From positions 2,432,001 through 2,496,000 of the forward strand of contig CAWDML010000001.1 in NCBI GenBank assembly GCA_963803435.1: a stretch of 64,000 nt of DNA, written 5' to 3'. A program made the position numbers and the translations under genes. The notes beneath the pieces are model-generated. The model was given only the letters and a program-made list of their open reading frames with translations, was not told the DNA's origin and ran no database searches. The DNA is from an uncultured delta proteobacterium (GTDB lineage Bacteria > Myxococcota > Kuafuiibacteriia > Kuafuiibacteriales > Kuafuiibacteriaceae). This document shows positions 57,005-64,000 of this stretch, one piece after another; position 1 is the stretch's first letter, and each line of letters opens with the position of its first letter.

Positions 57005-59287
57005 TCAAGGAGTTCGAGGATCGCGAGCTCCCCGGCCCCTCAGCGACGCCATCAACGACAGCAGCATGGCGACGAAGATCGCGACCCAGGACGCGAGCGC
57101 GACGTAGACGAAGGCGCGCGGAATGAGGAGGAGCAGATCGACGCCGATCGCCTGCGCGAGTCGGGTCGTGCAGACCGTATACATGCCGAGTGGAAAGACC
57201 ATGCCCCAGTACTGGGGGTCGTAGCGAAACGGGAAGCGGCGGATCAGGTGGCGCCACACACCGAGAATGATCAGCAGCGGGATCCACCAGGTCGCCGTGA
57301 CCCAGAACAGGAGCGTGAAGCCCGTGAGGAAGGGGGCCAGCATCTCGAGGGAGAGGAACTGGCTCACCACGCGGCCGGTGGTGAGGATGATCGGGTACTC
57401 GGCGTCGACGTCCTCGGCCGGTCCGACGTACCGCGTCGCGATGAAGCGCGCCCTTCCGTCTGCAAAATAGAAGGGGCCCGCCCCCCGGGCGACCGGGTTC
57501 CACGATCCGGGCTCGAAGAGACGGACCGTCCCGGTGGGACCGGGCTCCGGCGCGCCGTCCGGCGTCTCGCTCCGGCAGGGCCAGAACACGCCGAAGTTCT
57601 CCTCGATCCGCTGGTACGTGACGCCCGAGTAGTCGCTCACGCCGCCCCTCGAGGCGATCCGGAGCTCCTCGAAGATCGCCTCCGGGCTCTCGAACGTGAA
57701 GCCGCGGCCGCGCCCAAGGGCGTGGGCGAGATCCTGGATGATCCGCCAGTCCTGCCGGGCCTCTCCCGGGCAGTCGACCGCCTTGTGGATGCGGACGATA
57801 CGGCCCTCCACCTGCGTGACCGTTCCTTCGTCCTCCTCCTGCAGCGATCCGGGGAGCACGACGTCGGCGTAGCGCGCGGTCTCGCTCATGAAGAAGTCGA
57901 TGGCGACGAAGAAGTCGAGCTTCTCGAGCGCCGCGCGGACGAAGTTGTTGTCCGGCAGCGACACGACCGGGTTGAAGCAGAGCGAGAGCAACCCGCGGAT
58001 CTCGCCGGAGTGGGCCTTGCGCATGATCTCGTAGGCATCGACCCCCGGCCGGGGAAGATCGTCGGGGCTGATGCCCCAGACGCCGGCCACGTGAGCGCGG
58101 TGCTCCGGGTTCGCGAGGTCGCGACCGCCCGGGAGCTGGTCGCATTTCTGCCCGTGCTCGCGGCCGCCCTGACCGTTGGCCTGGCCGGTGATCGTGGCGT
58201 AGCCGCAGCTCGGGCGGCCGATGCGTCCCGAGGCCAGGACCAGGTTGATCGCGCTGAGGACGTTCTGCACGCCGTGGCTGTGATGCTCGATGCCGCGGGC
58301 GTGCATCAGGAAGCTCGTCGTCGCGGTGCCCCACCACTCGGCGGCCTGGCGGATCGCCTTCTCGGCGATCCCGGTGACCTCCGCCGTCCTGCGCGGTGTC
58401 CACTCCCGTACCTCCTCGGCCACCGACTCGAAGCCCACGGTGTGCCGATCGATGAACGCGTGATCGAGCCAGTCGTTCTCGATCATCAGCCGGAGGATGC
58501 CGTTGAAGAGCGCGGTATCCCGCCCGGGCTTGACCGGTAGGAACAGATCACAGGTGCGGGCGATCGGTGTGATCCGGGGATCGACGACGATGACCTTCGC
58601 GCCGTGCTCGCGCGCCTGCCAGACGTAATCCGTGGTGATGGGGGCGCACTCGGCGACGTTCGCGCCTGCGATCAGGACGACCTCCGTGCCGAGGATGTCG
58701 GCCCATGGGTTCGCCGCGCGATCGATCCCGAACGCCTTCTTGTTGCCGGCCGCCGCGCTGACCATGCAGAGCCGGCCGTTGTAGTCGATGTTCGCGGTGC
58801 GCAGGCACATGTGGGCGAGCTTGCCCATCAGGTACGTCTTCTCGGTGGTGAGGCTCGCGCCGGAGAGGACGGCGAAGGCGTCGGGCCCATGCTCGCGCTG
58901 GATGCGCTCGATCGCCTCGGCGACCCGGCGGATCGCCTCTGCGTACGAGAGCGCCCGGAAGCCGGAGGGCGCGGCGGAGTCCTTCTCGTACGCCGAGAGG
59001 AGCCGATCCGGATGAGCCTGCTGGAGGTAACGCTTGACCCCCTTCGGGCAGAGCATCCCGTGGTTGAACGGGAACTCGTACCACGGCTCGATGCCGATGA
59101 TCGTGTTGTCCTTGACCTTCAGCTGCAGCCCGCACTGCTGGCCGCAGAAGCAGCAGTGGCTCTTCACGACAGCGTCCGGCTCCACCCCGCTGTCGACGCG
59201 GACGCCGCTCGCGTACGCGCGGAAGGGCCCGAACTCCCCGATCACGTCGAGGTCGAGCGGCGGCTGGCTTCGCTCGCCTTCGCTCAT
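57005..59287 (-). CDS. NarB/NasA-like molybdopterin oxidoreductase truncated and fused in frame to the C-terminus of a TDT/SLAC1-family transporter
   Basis: [45 protein letters not shown] and LTTGR; after ~57350 it reads [11 protein letters not shown]...[15 protein letters not shown] (TDT motif). Confidence 0.85.
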   Translation of the reverse strand: MSEGERSQPPLDLDVIGEFGPFRAYASGVRVDSGVEPDAVVKSHCCFCGQQCGLQLKVKDNTIIGIEPWYEFPFNHGMLCPKGVKRYLQQAHPDRLLSAYEKDSAAPSGFRALSYAEAIRRVAEAIERIQREHGPDAFAVLSGASLTTEKTYLMGKLAHMCLRTANIDYNGRLCMVSAAAGNKKAFGIDRAANPWADILGTEVVLIAGANVAECAPITTDYVWQAREHGAKVIVVDPRITPIARTCDLFLPVKPGRDTALFNGILRLMIENDWLDHAFIDRHTVGFESVAEEVREWTPRRTAEVTGIAEKAIRQAAEWWGTATTSFLMHARGIEHHSHGVQNVLSAINLVLASGRIGRPSCGYATITGQANGQGGREHGQKCDQLPGGRDLANPEHRAHVAGVWGISPDDLPRPGVDAYEIMRKAHSGEIRGLLSLCFNPVVSLPDNNFVRAALEKLDFFVAIDFFMSETARYADVVLPGSLQEEDEGTVTQVEGRIVRIHKAVDCPGEARQDWRIIQDLAHALGRGRGFTFESPEAIFEELRIASRGGVSDYSGVTYQRIEENFGVFWPCRSETPDGAPEPGPTGTVRLFEPGSWNPVARGAGPFYFADGRARFIATRYVGPAEDVDAEYPIILTTGRVVSQFLSLEMLAPFLTGFTLLFWVTATWWIPLLIILGVWRHLIRRFPFRYDPQYWGMVFPLGMYTVCTTRLAQAIGVDLLLLIPRAFVYVALASWVAIFVAMLLSLMASLRGRGARDPRTP

Positions 59288-60468
59288 GGATGAAAGTTCT
59301 CCGCGTCCTCGCTGTCGAGGGGACCTTCGCCGAGCCCGGCGTTCGCGTAGGTCGGCATCGGGAGCGGCGCGGCGCCGGTCAGCGAGGCGCCTCCCCGTTG
59401 GCCCTGCCATAGCAGCCCCTGCGCGATGCCGAAGGAGGCCCGGCGGCAGGGCGGGCAGATCCATTGCCAGTGCTCGGCCTCGCTGCTCGGGACCTGGTAG
59501 CGATAGCCGAGCTCGGCCTCCACCTGGATGAGATCGAGGACGTGCATGCGCGAGGTGAACGGATGGCCGCAGCGACGGCAGCACGCCTTCTCCGCGTCAC
59601 GGCCGACATCCTTGTAGAACCCGACGCCGAGCTGCGCGGGACGCTGGAAGACGTGAAAGAACTTACCGAACGGGAGCCAGATGAAGGTCGCGATCACGGT
59701 GACGGCGTGCAGGATCGAGATGAAGGTGAAGCCGTACCCCTGCATCCACGTGTAGCTGGCGGTGAGCATCAGACCGGTGACGCTGACGGAGAAGAGGAGG
59801 AGGAGCGGCATGAAGTCTTCGGCAAACCGCTGGAGCGCACCCGCGCCCTCCTCCCGCATCCTCCGGCGCATCGCCAGCATGACGCCGGCGATCACCAGGA
59901 ACGAGGCCCAGACCAGCCCGTGGAAGAGGAAGAAGGCGATCGGCGAGTCGTGCGGAAAGCGGAAGGCCGGGAAGCCGAAGAGGACGATCTCGTAGAGCGA
60001 GAGGTCCCCGGGTACCGGGCGAAAATGAAGCCAGCCGAAGACCAGCGGGAACGTGATCAGCACGGCAATGATGCAGCCCCACATGATCGAGAGATGCGCC
60101 AGGCCGCGGAACCGGTCGCGCCGGATGATGAATCGGTTGCCGAGGACGTCGACTGTCGCGCGTGACAGCCAGGCGAAGACGTTGTCGATCCGGCGGCCGC
60201 GCTGCCAGAACGCTTGCCAGCCACGCCGCCAGTACAGGGCGGTCGGCGGCCGGGAGAGCCACATCGCGTAGCGGTAGGTCAGGCCGAACGTCGCGAACAG
60301 GATCGAGGAGGTATAAGCCACCAGGGCGGCGTCGAAGTGGGCCAGGTTCCGCGATCCCACCAGGATGAGGATCCCGAGCAGCAGCATCGCCGCGGCGCCC
60401 CACACGGCCGAGCGGACCACCTCCGGCGGCGTCGACCGCGCCTGATCTCGAGCGCCTTCGATCGTCAT
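59284..60468 (-). CDS. Multi-pass membrane partner of the Mo-enzyme (NarI gamma-like) with C-terminal CxxC..CxxC
   Basis: [28 protein letters not shown] and CRRC...CPPC; ATGA overlap with the oxidoreductase. Confidence 0.82.
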   Translation of the reverse strand: MTIEGARDQARSTPPEVVRSAVWGAAAMLLLGILILVGSRNLAHFDAALVAYTSSILFATFGLTYRYAMWLSRPPTALYWRRGWQAFWQRGRRIDNVFAWLSRATVDVLGNRFIIRRDRFRGLAHLSIMWGCIIAVLITFPLVFGWLHFRPVPGDLSLYEIVLFGFPAFRFPHDSPIAFFLFHGLVWASFLVIAGVMLAMRRRMREEGAGALQRFAEDFMPLLLLFSVSVTGLMLTASYTWMQGYGFTFISILHAVTVIATFIWLPFGKFFHVFQRPAQLGVGFYKDVGRDAEKACCRRCGHPFTSRMHVLDLIQVEAELGYRYQVPSSEAEHWQWICPPCRRASFGIAQGLLWQGQRGGASLTGAAPLPMPTYANAGLGEGPLDSEDAENFHP

Positions 60469-60469
60469 C

Positions 60470-62323
60470 TCAACGGTGGAGGCGTTCGCGCCGGAACCAC
60501 GCGAATGTCCGCTCCTTGTGCGTACCGTGATGAAGATGCCGCTGGTATGCAACGAGGATGTCGCCGCGGGTCAGCAGACCGATCACGCAGGCCGCAGGGC
60601 CTTCGGAGACCACGGCGAGTCGACCGTGGCCCGAAGCGGCCATCATGTCGATCGCCTCGCGCAGCGAGTGGCCCTCCGCGATCACCAGGGCGGGGCCCTC
60701 GGTCAGATCCGACACGCTCCGGTCGGCGTCCTGCGCGTCGAACAGCCTCTTCTCCCTGAGCATGCCGATCGCGCGGCCCGCCTCGTCGACCACCGGATAG
60801 CACCGGTGTCGGACCGCCGCTACCGCCAGCCGGTCGCGAGCCTGGGCAACGCTCTCCTCCGCGCTCAGCGTGGCGGCCGGACAGGTCGCCGCCTCGCGCA
60901 CCGCGACCTGGTTGAAGAGATCGAAGGAGTATTCGGAGGAGACGCGCGCACCCCGCCGGGCGATCTTCTCGGTCATGATCGAGTCCTTCATCCAGAGGCA
61001 TGAGACGAGAAAGCTCGCGCCGCATCCTCCGAGGAGAGGGAGCAGCGTGGCGGGCTGACGCGTCGCCTCGAAGGCGAACACGACCGAGGCGAGGAACGCG
61101 CGCGAGGCACCTGCGAACATCGCGGCCATCCCGACCAGCGCGCCCACGCGGGGGTCGAGGGTGGCCTCCGGAAAGAGCGGCCCGATCGCGGCGGACAGGC
61201 TCGCGCCCAGCCCGCCTCCGATGATGAAGAGCGGGGCGAGGGTGCCGCCCGAGGTGCCGCTGCCCAGCGAGATCGACCAGGAGGCGAGCTTGAGCAGACA
61301 GAGGACGATCACCGCCCGGCCGAGCAGGTCGCCCGAGACCATCTGCTCGATCAGATCGTAGCCCACGCCCATGGTGCGGGGCTCGAGGTAGCCGATCAGA
61401 CCAACGGGGAGAGCGCCGAGGACGGGCCACCACATCCAGTGGATCGGCAGGCGGTCGAAGGCGTCCTCGATCCGGTAGACGAGCCGAGTCGCGCCGATCG
61501 AGGCGAGACCGACGACGGCGCCGACGATCACGTATCCGATCAACGCGAGCTCGCCGCCGGAGACGACGTCGGGCATCGCGAAGACCGGCGCAGTCCCGAC
61601 CAGCGCGACGCGGATCCCGGTGGCGGTGGCGCTCGCGAACGCGACGGGGATCAGCGAGCGCGGGCGATACTCGAAGAGCAGGAGCTCGACCGCCAGCAGC
61701 ACCGCCGCGATCGGGCTCCCGAAGGTGGCCGTCATCCCGGCGGCGGCGCCCGCGGCCAGCAGCGTCTTGCGCTCGTCGGCGGTGATCTCGAGCAGCTGTC
61801 CGAGGAAGGAGCCGAGGGCGCCGCCGGTGGCGATGATCGGTCCTTCGGCGCCGAACGGGCCGCCCGTTCCGATCGAGATGGCGGCCGAGAGCGGCTTGAG
61901 GAAGGTGACCCTCAGCGGGATCCGGCTCTTGTTGAAGAGGATCTGCTCCATGGCCTCCGGGATGCCGTGACCCCGGATGGCGGTCGAGCCGTAGCGCGCC
62001 ATCAACCCGATCAGCACCGCCCCAGCCACCGGCACGACGACCACGAAGAGGCCGAGCTCGTTCTCGGCGGGAGAGACGAAGGCGACGGAGAAGCGCCCGT
62101 AGAAGGAGACGTTCGTGATGAGCCCGATCAGCGCGGTGAGCCCGCGCGCCACGAAGGCGGCGATGACACCGATGAGTGTCGCAGCGGCGGTGATCCAGAC
62201 GGTTCGAGCGTCGATCACCCGGCGCTCTCGCGGGATCCGGATCCTCGAGATCTCCGGCGCCATCGAGGGCGCGACCGGGAGGCCCTCCGTGGTGGCCGCC
62301 GCCTCGACGTCACGATCGGCCAC
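60470..62323 (-). CDS. ClC-family anion channel/transporter with two CBS domains
   Basis: [31 protein letters not shown] and a C-terminal CBS pair. Confidence 0.93.
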   Translation of the reverse strand: MADRDVEAAATTEGLPVAPSMAPEISRIRIPRERRVIDARTVWITAAATLIGVIAAFVARGLTALIGLITNVSFYGRFSVAFVSPAENELGLFVVVVPVAGAVLIGLMARYGSTAIRGHGIPEAMEQILFNKSRIPLRVTFLKPLSAAISIGTGGPFGAEGPIIATGGALGSFLGQLLEITADERKTLLAAGAAAGMTATFGSPIAAVLLAVELLLFEYRPRSLIPVAFASATATGIRVALVGTAPVFAMPDVVSGGELALIGYVIVGAVVGLASIGATRLVYRIEDAFDRLPIHWMWWPVLGALPVGLIGYLEPRTMGVGYDLIEQMVSGDLLGRAVIVLCLLKLASWSISLGSGTSGGTLAPLFIIGGGLGASLSAAIGPLFPEATLDPRVGALVGMAAMFAGASRAFLASVVFAFEATRQPATLLPLLGGCGASFLVSCLWMKDSIMTEKIARRGARVSSEYSFDLFNQVAVREAATCPAATLSAEESVAQARDRLAVAAVRHRCYPVVDEAGRAIGMLREKRLFDAQDADRSVSDLTEGPALVIAEGHSLREAIDMMAASGHGRLAVVSEGPAACVIGLLTRGDILVAYQRHLHHGTHKERTFAWFRRERLHR

Positions 62324-62831
62324 GGCGCGCCCTCCGATCCGAGCTCCGCTCTGGCTCCTCCTCGAAGAACATGTCGGGCGGCGATTCGCCCGCGTCCAGC
62401 GCGATCACGAGCTTCTCCATCACCCGCACCAGCGTTCCCAGCTCAGCCTCCGGCAGCGAGGCGAGCGCTCCCAGCAGGCGGAGCTGGACCGGCGCGGGTG
62501 CGTCGCGGAGCAGCCGCTCACCCTTCGCGGTGAGATAGAGCGCCGCGCGCCGGGCGTCGTCGGCCGCAGCGTGGCGCACCACCAGGCCCCGCTCGACCAG
62601 CCGCCGCACGACCACCGAGACGGAGCTCGGATCCGTGAGCGTTCGTGCGGCCAGCTCGCCGAGCGCGGCGCCCGGCGCGACGCTCAGCTGATGCAGCACG
62701 AAGAGCTGCGCTCCACTGATCCCGGCCGTCTGCTCGCTGTGCTTCGAGGCCAGGCGGAGCGTGCGGATGACGCGGCGGAGGTGGTCGAGCGCGGTCTGGG
62801 CGTTGTCGACCGGGGCCACGACCGAATCCAT
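62310..62831 (-). CDS. MarR-family transcriptional regulator
   Basis: GISGAQLFVL, ELAART.TDPSSVSVVVRRLVERGLV and DARR...LT.KG. Confidence 0.93.
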   Translation of the reverse strand: MDSVVAPVDNAQTALDHLRRVIRTLRLASKHSEQTAGISGAQLFVLHQLSVAPGAALGELAARTLTDPSSVSVVVRRLVERGLVVRHAAADDARRAALYLTAKGERLLRDAPAPVQLRLLGALASLPEAELGTLVRVMEKLVIALDAGESPPDMFFEEEPERSSDRRARRGRS

Positions 62832-62872
62832 GGGATCCCAAGTATTTCATCCGCGGCGGGATCACAACGGAT

Positions 62873-63259
62873 TTATGGGCGATCCGCGCTCTTCGGCCAG
62901 GCCGACAGCAGCGCGTCGAGCTGTTCGCCGGTCATGACCTCCTGGGCCCGCTCGAAGAGCTCCCGCTCCTCGAAGCGAATGTGGTCGTGAAGCTGGCGGC
63001 CGAAGTCCGCGAGCGATCCCTGCACCCCCACCCGGCGGCGAAGCTCCGCGTGATCGGCGAGCGCGCGCTCGACGATCGGATCGGCGCCGAGCGCAGGGAA
63101 GAGGAGGCGCTCCTCGATCGAGAAGTGCGGCTCGAGCTCCTCGGCGAAGATCCCGGCCACCTCCTGCCAGCTCACCTCGAGCGCGAGGCAGCGGCGGGCC
63201 AGCGCGAGCCCGTGGTGGTGATCCTGGCTCAGCCCGACGAGCGCGGCGTGTCGCTTCAT
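62873..63259 (-). CDS. Hemerythrin/HHE domain protein
   Basis: LSQDHH, HFSIEERLLFP, DH and HIRFEERELF. Confidence 0.9.
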   Translation of the reverse strand: MKRHAALVGLSQDHHHGLALARRCLALEVSWQEVAGIFAEELEPHFSIEERLLFPALGADPIVERALADHAELRRRVGVQGSLADFGRQLHDHIRFEERELFERAQEVMTGEQLDALLSAWPKSADRP

Positions 63260-63304
63260 CCCGAAGCCAGGATAGGAGCGTGTAGCGCGTAGCGCTACCG
63301 CGAG

Positions 63305-63338
63305 CCCGGTCCGGGTCCCGGTCCCGGTCCGGGTCCCG
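63305..63338. repeat. Hexamer tandem repeat (CCSGGT)x5+
   Basis: CCCGGT CCGGGT CCCGGT CCCGGT CCGGGT CCCG, intergenic. Confidence 0.85.
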
Positions 63339-63345
63339 ATGGCGA

Positions 63346-63492
63346 TCATGCAGCCCGGCGTGCGTTCATCGACTTGATGAGGCGCGTGAGCCTCTCGACA
63401 ACGCGCTTGAGCTTGGCTCTGGCGGCTTGGACCTTCTGCTCGTTGGCGAGTCGGCGCCTCAAGCAGGTGTGGAGTGAGGCGGCGCTTTCTCG
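63346..63492 (-). pseudogene. C-terminal remnant of a second four-helix-bundle (IVP-like) gene
   Basis: RESAASLHTCLRRRL....AARAKLKRVVERLTRLIKS* resembles the last two helices of the family; the 5' part is replaced by IS sequence. Confidence 0.55.
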
Positions 63493-64000
63493 ATGGCTCG
63501 AAGGTGCAGGCGAACGCGAGCAAGCACAAGGCGATGACCTACGAGCGGATGGCCGAGGAGGAGAAGCGGCTGTCTCTCGAGATCGAAGAACTGCTGGGGC
63601 GAGCGCGCACGATCGACCAAGAGGAAGACGAGCGGCTGGGCGTTGAAGAGACTGAAGAGGACATCCCAGCGGAGCTCGCTCGCCGTGAATCCCGCCTTGC
63701 CCGCATTCGAGAAGCGAAGGCTGCGCTGGAGCAGGATGCCGCCAGGGCTCGCGCGGAGAAATTGCGCAGGCAAGCCGAAGAGCAGCAGAGCAAAGCGGAT
63801 GATGCTCTTGTGGATCTGGTGGAGCAGAAGCGAGCGAGAACTCGAGCCGAGAAGGCAAGAGCGCAGGCTGACCAGCTCGAACCATCCCCAGACCCAACTG
63901 AACGAAATGATGGATGGCCGCATCATCGCGTTCCTGCAAATGTGGACGGCACACCGAGGCCCCACGCTCAGAGGAACTTCACCGACTCAGACAGCAGGAT
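63489..64000 (+). mobile_element. IS1182-family transposase fragment (5'-truncated, runs off window)
   Basis: Manual translation: LDGSKVQANASKHKAMTYERM...IPAELARRESRLARIREAKAALE...AQRNFTDSDSR. Confidence 0.88.

Overview
This is a high-GC, gene-dense window, most likely from a Myxococcota (myxobacteria-like) genome. The lineage call rests on an FHA-sigma54 enhancer-binding protein, four Ser/Thr kinase genes, a TIGR02266-type PilZ protein, many lipoproteins and a MYXO-CTERM-like tail. About 55 protein genes are supported; no rRNA, tRNA or CRISPR array was found. About a dozen genes carry reading-frame breaks, and most sit at or beside GATC, which suggests methylation-related long-read errors rather than pseudogenes. 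Bases 1-48.7 kb are mostly housekeeping and signalling genes (thiC, amrS, fabI, mvaS, malQ, ctaA, rlpA, comEA, an ECF/anti-sigma-VWA operon). Bases 48.7-64 kb look accessory: a secreted-protease cluster, a decayed IS5-family element, a hemerythrin-MarR-ClC-Mo-oxidoreductase-carbonic anhydrase-OsmC cluster and an IS1182 remnant. The best candidate for an undescribed system is a symmetric IS5-family element at 54469-55697. It has a TTA target duplication and ~65-70 bp inverted arms, and it carries a convergent four-helix-bundle (23S-IVP/Avd-like) passenger gene. Other highlights are a rhodanese-YggX fusion, a pseudokinase-kinase tandem, a Mo-oxidoreductase::TDT chimera next to a GHGIP-type ClC, and an astacin with a Cys-rich repeat. 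All family calls come from motif recognition by eye; no searches were run.
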